Positions 1 to 9,220 of a stretch of 64,000 bases of DNA are shown one piece after another. Location of the stretch: positions 33-64,032 of the forward strand of contig CALFAM010000329.1 in assembly GCA_937948815.1 (NCBI GenBank), in the 5' to 3' direction. Under the pieces are notes generated by a model. That model had not been told where the DNA came from. It searched no databases and saw nothing but the letters and a program-made list of their open reading frames with translations. The translations under genes were made by a program, and so were the position numbers. The DNA is from an uncultured bacterium. GTDB lineage: Bacteria; Acidobacteriota; Thermoanaerobaculia; Multivoradales; J023. The stretch's first letter is position 1; each line of letters starts with the position of its first letter.

Positions 1-282
1 ACCAAGGAAGATCGGCAAATCGCCGGCCTGGATTGCGTCCACGCCACGGCGGTAGACCTGCTCGCAAACCTTGACAACCTGCTCGAGGAAGCTCATGCCA
101 CCTTCTTCGGGCAGGGTATCGCGCACGGGCACCGTGACGTCGCCACTGTCATTGACCTCGTAACCCAAGGCGCGAAGACGTCGCTTCAGGCCGGCGTACC
201 GAATCGCGCTGGGGCCCATGTCGACGCCACGACGCGCCTGGCCAAGATCCATGGGAATGCCGACTGTTGAGATGGTTCTCAC
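1..282 (-). CDS. rocF: Arginase (ureohydrolase family), N-terminal 94 codons; the gene continues past the window start
   Basis: Reverse translation from GTG at 280-282 gives [43 protein letters not shown]. This matches the conserved arginase N-terminal block of Bacillus RocF ([24 protein letters not shown]). GGAGA Shine-Dalgarno at 290-294 lies 7 nt upstream. It is absent from the ORF track because it runs off the edge. Confidence 0.85.
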   Translation of the reverse strand, partial: [94 protein letters not shown]

Positions 283-923
283 GGGGAGATCTCCGTTTCT
301 TGTGGTCCGGCAGTCGTTTCGGCGCTCGCCGTGACATCGATTCGAGGGTAATGCCGGCCGACGCGTGGGTCGTCGAGATGGTAGCGGTCCACGATGCAGC
401 CGCCGGCAGAGAATGGCAATCATAGTCATGAATGCCTCGGGCGCAAGACAAAAACAGGCATGCCGAAACGCCTCGATTCGCCGACGCTCTCGGTAGGGTT
501 CGGTCGAGAGGCCGTTCCTGAAAGACGTTGTGGCCAAATGCCAGCTGCAGGGGGCGTCGCGTCGAGAAACGGTCTTGTGACGTTCGCCTCTTCCCCCTCG
601 ACCTGCCGCGCAACGTCACGATCTTGGCGCTCTCGCCTAGGCTGGGTCCACCCTCTGGAGCGATTCGCCCATCAGACGACAGCATTCGAAGTTGCGGAAG
701 ACGAAGCCCAGGGCTCGGAGACGTCGGGCGGTCTTGGCCACGAGAGCCTCGGTTCCAAACATGATGGGATGCCGGACAAGGTCATCGCCGAGCTTCGCCG
801 CTGTGCTCGGGTGGCGGGCGCCGTCTGTTCCGAACCTCGGTACCCGGCCGGTCTAGGGAGATCAGACCGCTGATATCCGCGATACCCTCGTGCCGCCGAC
901 GAAACGAGCACAGACCCCGATTG

Positions 924-952
924 TTGAACACAATATGCGGGTCTCGTAGTAT
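924..952 (+). promoter_or_regulatory. Sigma70-like promoter candidate: TTGAAC (924-929), 17-nt spacer, TAGTAT (947-952)
   Basis: Read directly in a lower-GC stretch about 80 nt upstream of the ATG at 1032. The spacing is canonical. Confidence 0.45.
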
Positions 953-1031
953 GTGTTTCGGGAATTCGAGGAGCCGCGAGGTAGCTCTTGGCGCCAATTC
1001 TTCTGAGGTCTCTGTCTTGCAAAGGACCAAC

Positions 1032-1349
1032 ATGACTTACAAGCTCGAGCTAGCCTTCGCCGCTGCTTTCACCCTCGCCGCCTTCGGCACCTTCTTGTCG
1101 CCTGACAGTGCCGAGGCCTTTCCTGGAAACAACGCTCTCCACTATGTGTGCTATCACAATGACATGCCCTATACGCTTGTCTTTGTGCCCCCAGGGGCTT
1201 CGCCGAATTGTCCCGATCTCGACACGTCCAACAATCCTATTTGGGACGTACAGGACGGACTTGATTGCGACGGTCTGGAGGGGCTCGTTGGTTGTCTCAA
1301 AAAGCGGCATATCGACTGCGAGTACGAGAGTGAGCGCGGTGATCTCTGA
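1032..1349 (+). CDS. Small secreted Cys-containing protein, unknown family
   Basis: Internal ATG of ORF 921..1349 with AAGGA at 1022-1026. Signal-like N-terminus MTYKLELAFAAAFTLAAFGTFLSPDSAEA. Five Cys in the mature part. GC is lower than in neighbouring genes. Confidence 0.5.
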   Translation: MTYKLELAFAAAFTLAAFGTFLSPDSAEAFPGNNALHYVCYHNDMPYTLVFVPPGASPNCPDLDTSNNPIWDVQDGLDCDGLEGLVGCLKKRHIDCEYESERGDL

Positions 1350-1471
1350 GTTCGCGCCCTTACCTCCGATCCCTGTTGCTCAGCGCTTCGGTCTTGCGAA
1401 TTGCAAGCGTCGAGTTGATTGACCCCTACCGAAACGCACCTGCGGCCCAGGCGAGCGCCTGGGTCTGCCGC

Positions 1472-4400
1472 ATGCTGCGAGGAGTCGCCGGCATGCTGCT
1501 GGTTGGACTCGTTGTCTCTAGCTTGCCCGGGGCCGCGCAAGTCAACCCGCGGTTCGAATCACTGTGGCTCGAGCATGGGCTGCCCGACAAGACGGTGCGA
1601 GCCATTGCGCAGGACGAGCAAGGCTTCATGTGGTTTGGTACGACCTACGGGCTCGCGCGGTTCGATGGCCACCGCATGGTGATCTTCGCTGCCGATCCAT
1701 CGCAACCTACTGCCTTGTCCCACGATCGAGTTTCCACTCTCCATCGGGACGCTCAGGGCCGTCTCTGGATCGGTACTCGTGGGGGGTTGAATCGGTACCG
1801 ACCAGAGGATCGATCGTTCGAGGTCAGTCGGCACGATCCAGAGCGCGGCGACAGCCTATCGTCGGACGCAATCCTAGCCATCGAAGACGACGGCGCTGGT
1901 GTGCTGTGGGTCGGCACTACCCAAGGCTTGGATCGTTTCGATCCCGAGAGCGGGAAGGTTGAGCGGTTCGCTGACCGCCATCCGGAGCTACATGCTGGTC
2001 ACGTTCGGGCACTGCACAGAGATCTGGATGGTCGACTCTGGATCGGAACCGCGAACGGTGTCTTCGTCCTCCGACCAGGCGCAAAGCACCTGAAGCGTCT
2101 GCCCCTGCTCAGTGATTTGGAGGCCGGGCCGAGGGTCAACGCGATCGTGGCAGACGCAGCAGGCTTCGTGTGGGTCGGCACGCGCGGCAACGGATTGTGG
2201 CGTTGGGATCCGGCATCGCAGTCAGCCGCAGGGTTCGATGACGTAGTCAGCGACGACACCATCTTCTCGTTGGCGACCGATGAGCATGGCAGTCTTTGGG
2301 TAGGTTCCATGGAGAAGGGTCTGTATCGGAGATCTTCTGGCGGTTCGTGGGATCACTTTCAACACGATCCCGGGGACGCGACGTCGCTGCGAGACGATGC
2401 CGTTCTGGCCCTGCATGTCGATCGGTCGTCGACCTTGTGGGCTGGCACGTTTCAGGCCGGCGTGCACCGTCTGAGCCTTCCAAGCCTCGAATTCGGACGC
2501 CACGACAACGGTAAGAACAGCTTGGCTTGCTTGCCGTCCGCTGTCACCAACGATGTTCAGCTGGTCGGCTCCGGGCCGCTGCTGATCGCCACCGACTCGG
2601 GCCTCGCCGCTGTCGAGCCGGACACTGGCGAATGCACAATCCACAGGCACCACGCCAACCAGCAATCGTCGCTTTCGTCGAGTGTCGTCTTGAGTCTTCA
2701 TCCGGGCGCTGGCGACAACGTCTGGGTCGGGACATTGCGCGGCCTGGACCGGCTGAATCTCGCGACCCAGCGCTCGCAACGTGTTTCGGCGATTCGAGAC
2801 GTCGCGGTGTATGCGCTGGCTGGATCTGAGTCGGGAATCTTGTGGGTGGGCACGACGGACGGAATCTACCGCTCGAGAGATGGCGGATTCGAGCGGTTGG
2901 CTTTGCCCGAATCCGTTTCATCCCCGCTCAAGGTCAACAGCATCGCGATTGACAGCGCGCAGCAGGCTTGGCTCGGGACCAATCGTGGCTTGTTGATCGC
3001 ATCGGAGTCGATGGACCGGATCGATCGATCGTCCCATCGTGAACAAGCTGCACTCGAAGAGTGGGTCGGCGCGGTGCATGTGGACGCTGCTGACACGGTC
3101 TGGGTTGGCGTCGATGGTCGCGCGCTCTATGGGTTTCCACGAGTCGGCAACCCTTGGGAAGCGATGCGCAACGGGGCCGAGTTGCCCAAATTCGAGCGCT
3201 TTGGAACGATCCTGTCGGATTCTGCAGGCGATCTTTGGGTGGGCACGCCCCGCGGTTTGTTCCGGATCAATACGGTTAGCCGAGAAGTGACACCTTTCCG
3301 CGCTTCTGACGGGCTCCAGAGCGATGACTTCATCGGAAACGCGACGTTCCAATCCAGCTCAGGTCACATTTTTCTTGGCGGGCGCCGGGGATTCAACGTT
3401 TTCCATCCGGATCGAGTCTACGTCGACGATACGGCCCCGGGGGTAAGCTTGACCGAGTTCTCCCGCTTCAACGAACCGGTTTCTGTGGGAAAGGAACATC
3501 AAGGGTTTCGTCTCGATGCACCGATTGATCAGCTCGAGACCTTGACCTTGAGCCATCGAGACTACGTTTTCGGCTTCGAGTTCGCGGCGCTTCATTTTGC
3601 TGATCCGTCGCGCAATCTATACGAATATAGGCTGCATGGCTTTGATCCCGAATGGGTCAGAAGGGGTGCGAGCCGCGCGAGAGCGACCTATACCAACCTG
3701 GCTCCGGGCGACTATGTCTTCCAGGTTAGGGCGTCGAATGCCCACGGTACGTGGAATGACGAAGGCGCCAGGCTTGCGATCAGCGTCTTGCCGGCACCTT
3801 GGGCAACGTGGTGGGCCTATGCGCTATACCTGGTATTGGCGACAGCCGCCATCTCTCTGGTGTTCTTGTATCGCACCCGCGCCCTGCGCAGCCAGGCTCG
3901 AAATCTGGAGAGCAGGGTCCAAGCGCGCACAGCCACCATCGAGGCACTTCTGGACGAGAAGAACGACGAAATGGCAACGCTTTTGCACGAGTTTCGTACG
4001 CCTCTCACCCTGGTGCTGGGTCCTGTGAAGAGCGTCCTCGGCTCGGTCGAAGAGCCCGCGATCCAGCAGAAGCTGTCGGTGGTCCGCCGCAACGGATTTC
4101 GTTTGCTCCGCATGGTTGATCAGCTCTTGCATCTCGAGAAGGTCAAAGTGCAGAAGGCACTCCCCTCCGAGGTCCAGGCGGTCAAGCCCACTGTCGAATC
4201 GATCGGCGATTCCTTTCGCGAGCTGGCGCGCGAGAGCGACGTCCATGTGTCCGTCCATACGGTCGAAGAGCTCTGGGTCCGAGTGGCACCAGACACCTTG
4301 GAGAAAATTCTGTTCAACCTGCTGTCGAACGCCGTCAAATATACGCCTCCCGGCGGACGCATAGAGCTGTCAGCGGTTGCCGAAAGCGACCAAGTCCACA

Positions 4401-5524
4401 TTGTGGTCCGGGATAGCGGTGTCGGTATCGCGACGGAGCATCAGTCGAGAGTCTTCGAGCGCTACCAGCGCGTTCCGGCGGCTGAGATGGAGCAGGTCAA
4501 TGGCGCCGGCATCGGCCTCGCGCTCGTCAAAGATCTTGCTGAAGCCCACGGTGGCATGATTCAGCTCGAGAGCGAAGTGGGTGAAGGCTCGACCTTCAGT
4601 CTGAAGCTGCCTCGTGTTCCTGCTCCTCCCCCAGTCTTGGCTCGAAGAGCCGATGCCAAATGGATAGATCTGGAGTTGGAGACGCTTGCGGAACAGCTAG
4701 ATATGAAGGGCGACGGAGCGGAAGCACGCCATGGACTTCCGATCGACGGGCACGCTCGGCCCAGCATCCTGATCATCGAAGACAACGCGGACATGTCACG
4801 GTACATCGCGGACATCCTCTCGACCCGCTATGCGTGCCGCACGGCAGCGAACGGCGAGCAAGGGCTGCGAGAAGCATGGGAGGTCATTCCGGATCTCATT
4901 GTTTCCGACATCATGATGCCGGAAGTGGACGGCTACGAGCTGCTCGGCCGCCTCAAGAACGACGAGCGCAGCAGCCACATTCCTGTGGTCCTGTTAACGG
5001 CCCGTGGCGATGCCCAAAGCCGACGTCGCGGCTGGCAGGAACGCGCTGACGGATACCTGACCAAGCCCTTTGACGAAGAGGAGCTACTTCTCAGAGTCGA
5101 AAGCCTGCTCGAAATTCGTGAGATCCTGCGCCAGCGCTTTGCCCAGGAGTTCGCGCCCGGAGCTTCAGAAGTCGACGCCGTGGGCAAGGGTCTGAATCCG
5201 AGGGATCGAGACTTCGTCGACAAGTTCCGCCGTATGATCGCCGAAAACTATACTGATCCCGAGCTTCGACTGCCTCAGATGACAGCGACTTTGGCCTTGA
5301 GTGAGCGCCCTTTGCAGCGCAAGCTCAAAGCGCTGCTCGGGCGCACACCCATCGAATTCCTTCGCGCCTACCGGCTGGAGAAGGCCGGTGAGCTGCTCCG
5401 ACAGGACTTGCTGGTGGCCGAAGTGGCGAACCGCACCGGGTTTAGTTCTCAGGCGTATTTCGCGACCTGCTTCAAGGCCCATTTCGGTGTCACACCGTCG
5501 AAGTTTCGCGGTCAACCGAACTGA
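1472..5524 (+). CDS. Hybrid two-component system sensor: periplasmic beta-propeller repeats + Y_Y_Y, TM, HisKA/HATPase, receiver, AraC-type HTH
   Basis: ORF 1376..5524; the likely start is ATG 1472 (MLRGVAGMLLVGLVVSSLPGAAQ signal/anchor). Repeated WxGT..GL.R motifs. Y_Y_Y-like YEYRLHGFDPEW..YVFQVRA. Histidine-kinase H-box LLHEFRTPL. G-box GIGLALVKDLAEAHGG. Receiver ILIIEDN..DLIVSDIMMP. C-terminal AraC HTH AYFATCFKAHFGVTPSKFR. Confidence 0.9.
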   Translation: MLRGVAGMLLVGLVVSSLPGAAQVNPRFESLWLEHGLPDKTVRAIAQDEQGFMWFGTTYGLARFDGHRMVIFAADPSQPTALSHDRVSTLHRDAQGRLWIGTRGGLNRYRPEDRSFEVSRHDPERGDSLSSDAILAIEDDGAGVLWVGTTQGLDRFDPESGKVERFADRHPELHAGHVRALHRDLDGRLWIGTANGVFVLRPGAKHLKRLPLLSDLEAGPRVNAIVADAAGFVWVGTRGNGLWRWDPASQSAAGFDDVVSDDTIFSLATDEHGSLWVGSMEKGLYRRSSGGSWDHFQHDPGDATSLRDDAVLALHVDRSSTLWAGTFQAGVHRLSLPSLEFGRHDNGKNSLACLPSAVTNDVQLVGSGPLLIATDSGLAAVEPDTGECTIHRHHANQQSSLSSSVVLSLHPGAGDNVWVGTLRGLDRLNLATQRSQRVSAIRDVAVYALAGSESGILWVGTTDGIYRSRDGGFERLALPESVSSPLKVNSIAIDSAQQAWLGTNRGLLIASESMDRIDRSSHREQAALEEWVGAVHVDAADTVWVGVDGRALYGFPRVGNPWEAMRNGAELPKFERFGTILSDSAGDLWVGTPRGLFRINTVSREVTPFRASDGLQSDDFIGNATFQSSSGHIFLGGRRGFNVFHPDRVYVDDTAPGVSLTEFSRFNEPVSVGKEHQGFRLDAPIDQLETLTLSHRDYVFGFEFAALHFADPSRNLYEYRLHGFDPEWVRRGASRARATYTNLAPGDYVFQVRASNAHGTWNDEGARLAISVLPAPWATWWAYALYLVLATAAISLVFLYRTRALRSQARNLESRVQARTATIEALLDEKNDEMATLLHEFRTPLTLVLGPVKSVLGSVEEPAIQQKLSVVRRNGFRLLRMVDQLLHLEKVKVQKALPSEVQAVKPTVESIGDSFRELARESDVHVSVHTVEELWVRVAPDTLEKILFNLLSNAVKYTPPGGRIELSAVAESDQVHIVVRDSGVGIATEHQSRVFERYQRVPAAEMEQVNGAGIGLALVKDLAEAHGGMIQLESEVGEGSTFSLKLPRVPAPPPVLARRADAKWIDLELETLAEQLDMKGDGAEARHGLPIDGHARPSILIIEDNADMSRYIADILSTRYACRTAANGEQGLREAWEVIPDLIVSDIMMPEVDGYELLGRLKNDERSSHIPVVLLTARGDAQSRRRGWQERADGYLTKPFDEEELLLRVESLLEIREILRQRFAQEFAPGASEVDAVGKGLNPRDRDFVDKFRRMIAENYTDPELRLPQMTATLALSERPLQRKLKALLGRTPIEFLRAYRLEKAGELLRQDLLVAEVANRTGFSSQAYFATCFKAHFGVTPSKFRGQPN

Positions 5525-5650
5525 ACGCATCCGGTGACCTGGTCCCTGGGTGGGTAGCCGCCCGGCGACCAGGTCAGGCAGGTTGGGATCGCGCTGAAGA
5601 GTCGTGGAGGGATTCGTCCTTCTATCCAGAACACTCCCAACCTCGAATGC

Positions 5651-6382
5651 TCAGTTCGGCACGCTGGTGGAGAAGGATCTGACCTCGGTGCAAGCGCCGA
5701 TCACCAGGACATATCCGAACGCCTCGCGAGCGGCTCCCGTAGCGGGGCCGCGGGAGGCGAGGACCTCGGCGCTCACAGCGTAGGAAGTGGTCGACGCAGA
5801 GACGGGAGCCGGCTCATCGCAGAACGGCGTGCCCGAGCTGTTGCACGCCTTGGCGCGAGCGTAGGCGGTTTTGGTGTAGGGCGAAACCGGTCCGGGCATT
5901 CCAAATGTGCTGGTGGAGCGAACCGAATAGGTGTAGAACCAGGTCTGTCCGTACCAGTGGGTGAATTCCGCTTGTCCGCCACAGATCGTCTGCTGACTGG
6001 TCTGCGTCGATTTGCTGGGAACGAGCATCCGCCGACCGGCGTCGAGCAGCTCGTCCCGGCGTAGCTTCAGCTCCTGGAGGTCCAGCTGCTGTTGTCGCGA
6101 AGCCGGCTCGCCGAGGCGAACGATCTCTGAATCGATGTGATCCAGCGATCGTTCCAGCGCGGCGAAGCCAAATGCCAGCTCGGCCTGGACGCCGTCGATA
6201 TCGCGCTGCCACACATCGTCGGACTTCTGACTCCATTCACCAGTCGCGGCGAGGTCTTGTTGGCTAGTCACTTGGACCTGCACCTGCCGCATCGGCTGTG
6301 CGGAAAGGGCGGGGGCCAAGAGAGCTGCAAGGGCGATCGTGGCGGACGTGATCTTCCAGATTCCTGTGGTGGATGAACGCAT
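5651..6382 (-). CDS. Secreted hypothetical protein
   Basis: AAGGAG Shine-Dalgarno about 7 nt upstream of ATG 6382. Signal peptide MRSSTTGIWKITSATIALAALLAPALSAQP. No recognisable family. Confidence 0.6.
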   Translation of the reverse strand: MRSSTTGIWKITSATIALAALLAPALSAQPMRQVQVQVTSQQDLAATGEWSQKSDDVWQRDIDGVQAELAFGFAALERSLDHIDSEIVRLGEPASRQQQLDLQELKLRRDELLDAGRRMLVPSKSTQTSQQTICGGQAEFTHWYGQTWFYTYSVRSTSTFGMPGPVSPYTKTAYARAKACNSSGTPFCDEPAPVSASTTSYAVSAEVLASRGPATGAAREAFGYVLVIGACTEVRSFSTSVPN

Positions 6383-6949
6383 GGGCTATCTCCTTAGATT
6401 CCTCTTGCGAGGACTTGGGTGTTTTCGAACGCTATGGACGTTCCAGATCCGAAGCATCGAAGCAACTCGTGGGTTCAGATCTGGACTCGGCTACGACGGT
6501 GGCTGCGTCGGCACCTCCAGCACAGCCGGAGGGTTCGAGGGCGCACCGCTCGAAGCGGTTTGAATGTGTGAGCCGCCTGAAGAGCGGCAAGACTTCTGCT
6601 CCATCGTCAGTTGGTCGAGTGGCCGGTCCTCCGCTTGATCGGGTACGCCTGTCAAGTGTCAGTCATGTGGCCAGACGTTCTGGCTGGTGGCACGATTGCA
6701 GCGCAATCCGGACTCGAGGGGTTAGCACGCCAGCGGCAGCCCTTTGTAGGATTCCGGCGCCAGTACGCAGCCGTTCGGATTTGTGAAAGTCGTCGACGTT
6801 TTCTTAGAAGCGAGGGCTGCTGGAAGCCACGTGTAGCGCTCGGGGACCACTGCCATTCCCATGTGCCATGCACCTATTGAGGGAAGGCGAGGAAGGAACC
6901 GTGATCGGTGGCCGGGTCGCCGGCTTGGCGCCTCGATCGGGCGGGAGCG

Positions 6950-7625
6950 TCCTGCACGGAGGCCATGCCGAGCATGATTGAAGCGCTCGATCAGGTCTTC
7001 CGGCCTCTCGAAGTCACCGAAAGACGGGTGACTCCAGAGGTCGGCCACGGCACAGCCACGCGGCTAGAGCCCAGCCACGCAAAGGCCGACCGACTCGCGA
7101 CGCAGTACCGCTATCCAGGCACGTGCGACGTTGGTGCGACGAACGGCAACGGCGGCGCAAAACAGTTGTCGGGGAATGTCACGGCGAAGTCGGTACCCGC
7201 CAGCCGCTCGGCGACGATTCGGTAGGTCTACAAGAACACGCAGTACGCCGCGACCAACCGCTCTCTGGTTCTCCTCGCGAGCGCATGGAATCGCCGCTTC
7301 GGCGATCAGTGAGTCGGCTTGTGACGTACGCGGATGACAACGAGGCACCCACTCGGCGTCCTTGGTTTTGGTGTTCTCGCGCCGGTGACCAAGACCGTGA
7401 AGTGGGCCAGTTGCTCGGTCGATGTCGGTGACAACAGCAAGTGGCAATCGGTGCTCATTGCGACGAGGCATGGACCCGCATGCCCGTTGCCTCTTGGCAA
7501 TGGGTCAACACGCCAACCAGGAGTTGGTTGAGCCGCGGGCCCGGTCGCAACAAGTAACGCTGCTGGATGGTGCGCACAATCATCTCGAGGGGCGAGCCAG
7601 GCTGTGGCAAGTAGCGAATCGCCCC
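6950..7625 (-). pseudogene. Decayed IS200-like / REP-associated tyrosine transposase (RAYT)-like gene, with a frameshift and an in-frame stop
   Basis: Three minus-strand frames together recapitulate the family order. Segment 1: YLPQPGSPLEMIVRTIQQRYLL...GMRVHA. Segment 2, after a frameshift: CLVAMSTDCHLLLSPTSTEQLAHF..GARTPKPRTPSGCLVVIRVRHK, compare HAYCLMSNHxHLL...FNRRHGRxGHLFQGRFK. Segment 3: GVLRVLVDLPNRRRAAG, compare YVxLNPVRAG, followed by TAG at 7064-7066 and DLWSHPSF. The HUH histidine and the catalytic Tyr positions appear substituted. Confidence 0.45.
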
Positions 7626-7629
7626 ATTG

Positions 7630-8070
7630 CTACTCGATCCGTCGGTCGAGCGACCGGTACTGCATCGCCTTGGCGACGTGTATGCACTGGATGGCGTCAC
7701 TCGCGGCCAGATCCGCGATGGTGCGGGCGACTTTGAGGAGGCGGGTGACAGCTCGTACCGAGAGGTGAAGCGGCTCGAAGGCAGCGTCAAGCAGGGCTTG
7801 GGCCCGGGTGTCGGGCCAGTAGTAGCGAGGCCGGTCGTTGCCCTCAGAGGTTGCGTAGGTGGGTGTGTCGGACGCCTGCCCGAATCGATGATGCTGCCTG
7901 CGGTGGCCGCCCGCGATCCGCTCGGCGACAGCGGCGGTGCATTCTGACGACGCTTCACGCAGTTCGGCCAACGACACGGCCAACGACACCGCCGGCACTT
8001 CGACGTGCAGGGCGCGCAGTCTGCAGCGTAGATCGCCGGCCCGCCTCACATCTCCGAGCGCCAGGACGTC
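7630..8070 (-). pseudogene. comM: 3' remnant of comM/yifB (Mg-chelatase-like AAA+ competence protein); only about the last 135 codons remain
   Basis: ORF 7630..8049 ends ...LHLSVRAVTRLLKVARTIADLAASDAIQCIHVAKAMQYRSLDR, the Mg_chelatase C-terminal signature (LSxRAxxRxLKVARTIADL...HxxEAxQYR). Upstream it begins at ..LHVEVP immediately after the cupin stop codon. The roughly 360 N-terminal codons of a normal comM are absent. Confidence 0.6.
7966..7989. repeat. Perfect 12-bp tandem duplication GGCCAACGACAC x2 inside the comM remnant
   Basis: Read directly. It encodes the duplicated VSLA-VSLA in the remnant. Confidence 0.9.
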
Positions 8071-8090
8071 GACCGATCTCGATCAACCCA

Positions 8091-8417
8091 TCACGGCGCT
8101 GGCGCCAGCACGACGAGGACGACCAGGCGCTCGTCGCTGTCGTTCTCGATGCCGTGCGGCACTTCTTCCGGCGCCACCAGCAACTGGCCGGCCCGCATGT
8201 CCAATCGCTCACCGTCGAGCAGGAAGCAGCCTCGACCTTCGAGCACGTGGTAGAGCTTGTCCATGCCGGGGTGGGTGTGCAAGGCGTGGGACTGCCCGGG
8301 CTCGAAGGCATTCAGGCCAACCATCATGCGGGGTGAGCGGAAGAGGGTTGCCTTGCCCATCTTGTCGGGTTGGAAGAGGGCATGACGAAGCGGATCGACA
8401 ACAGTTGGGTGGTTCAT
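8091..8417 (-). CDS. Cupin domain protein
   Basis: 108 aa with the cupin metal motif GQSHALHTHPGMDKLYHVLEG ... PEEVPHGIEN. Confidence 0.8.
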   Translation of the reverse strand: MNHPTVVDPLRHALFQPDKMGKATLFRSPRMMVGLNAFEPGQSHALHTHPGMDKLYHVLEGRGCFLLDGERLDMRAGQLLVAPEEVPHGIENDSDERLVVLVVLAPAP

Positions 8418-8593
8418 GTGCGCGATCTAACCAGATCCAGGCCGGAAGGAGGCGGAAGCTTCGTGACCAAGAGGGGCAATCCGCCAGAGTCGCGCCTTGG
8501 CTGGCACAAAGACCGAGGGGCCCTTCGCATTGGGACCGCTTGGTTCATCAGGGCAGTGTTGCCTGGCGGACTGAGATTGCTCCGAGAAAGAGG

Positions 8594-8622
8594 TTGACAC
8601 AGGGTGTTGGCGAGAATAGTCT
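8594..8622 (+). promoter_or_regulatory. Sigma70-like promoter: TTGACA (8594-8599), 17-nt spacer, TAGTCT (8617-8622)
   Basis: Consensus -35 and correct spacing, 22 nt upstream of the TetR ATG. It overlaps the 21-bp operator-like motif. Confidence 0.5.
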
Positions 8623-8640
8623 ACATACATGGAGGTCAGT
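8620..8640 (+). promoter_or_regulatory. Operator-like 21-bp motif, copy 1: TCTACATACATGGAGGTCAGT
   Basis: Matches copy 2 at 9196-9216 in 19 of 21 positions. It contains the imperfect palindrome CTACA-N4-TGGAG and overlaps the -10 element, the predicted start site and the GGAGG ribosome-binding site of the TetR gene. Confidence 0.45.
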
Positions 8641-8643
8641 CCC

Positions 8644-9177
8644 ATGGGCGACACGAAAACAAAGATCTTGGATTTGGCAGAGAGCTTGACCCAGAGAAGG
8701 GGATTCAACGGTTTCAGCTACCTGGACCTGGCCGAGGCAATTGGCATCAAGCACTCGAGCATTCACTACCACTTCAAATCCAAGGCCGACCTGGCGCTGG
8801 CCCTCGTGCAGCGAACTCGTGAACGCCATCGCGATGCATTTGAGTCTTTCGATCGCGATCTCGACAGACCGGAGCAGCGCCTTCAGGCTCTTGTCGACTT
8901 CTTTCAGGGATACGTGCGAGAACAGAAGTTCTGTATGTGCGGGATGATGTCGGCAGAGTTGCACTCCGTCAGTCCGCAGACGAAACGCCAGCTTGTGAAG
9001 TACTTCCGAGACTTCCAGAGCTGGATCGCGCAGCAGTTCATGGAAATGGAGAAGTCGGATGCCCGAGAAGAAGCACTCAGGTTCGTTAGTGCCCTAGAGG
9101 GTTCGCTGTTGTTGGCGAGACTGGAGGGCGATCCAGCAGTTGTAGCCAACGGATTGAATCCATTCTTCAGCAAGTGA
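8644..9177 (+). CDS. TetR/AcrR family transcriptional regulator
   Basis: GGAGG at 8631-8635, 8 nt before ATG 8644. N-terminal HTH KILDLAESLTQRRGFNGFSYLDLAEAIGIKHSSIHYHFKSKADL. GC is visibly lower than the window average. Confidence 0.85.
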   Translation: MGDTKTKILDLAESLTQRRGFNGFSYLDLAEAIGIKHSSIHYHFKSKADLALALVQRTRERHRDAFESFDRDLDRPEQRLQALVDFFQGYVREQKFCMCGMMSAELHSVSPQTKRQLVKYFRDFQSWIAQQFMEMEKSDAREEALRFVSALEGSLLLARLEGDPAVVANGLNPFFSK

Positions 9178-9195
9178 CGTATCGTACGTACAGAA

Positions 9196-9216
9196 TCTAC
9201 ACACATGTAGGTCAGT
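9196..9216 (+). promoter_or_regulatory. Operator-like 21-bp motif, copy 2: TCTACACACATGTAGGTCAGT
   Basis: Contains the perfect palindrome CTACA-N4-TGTAG. It sits 19 nt after the TetR stop and just upstream of the next ORF (TTG 9221). Confidence 0.45.
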
Positions 9217-9220
9217 TCGT

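Noticed and set aside
283-428. In-frame upstream extension of the arginase ORF to an ATG near 428.
   Set aside because: The extension is Arg/Pro-rich (..RRLHRGPLPSRRPTRRPALPSNR..) and has no counterpart in arginases. GTG 282 has a well-spaced GGAGA and gives the normal short N-terminus.
1551-1560. GGTTCGAATC, resembling a tRNA T-loop.
   Set aside because: It lies inside the sensor kinase coding frame, and the flanks cannot form T-stem or acceptor-stem pairing. No tRNA was found anywhere in the window.
5535-5576. 10-bp stem with a 22-nt loop after the sensor kinase stop. Similar weak hairpins are at 19087-19105, 23096-23115 and 25907-25948.
   Set aside because: The large loops or short stems and the absence of U-tracts give insufficient evidence to call them terminators.
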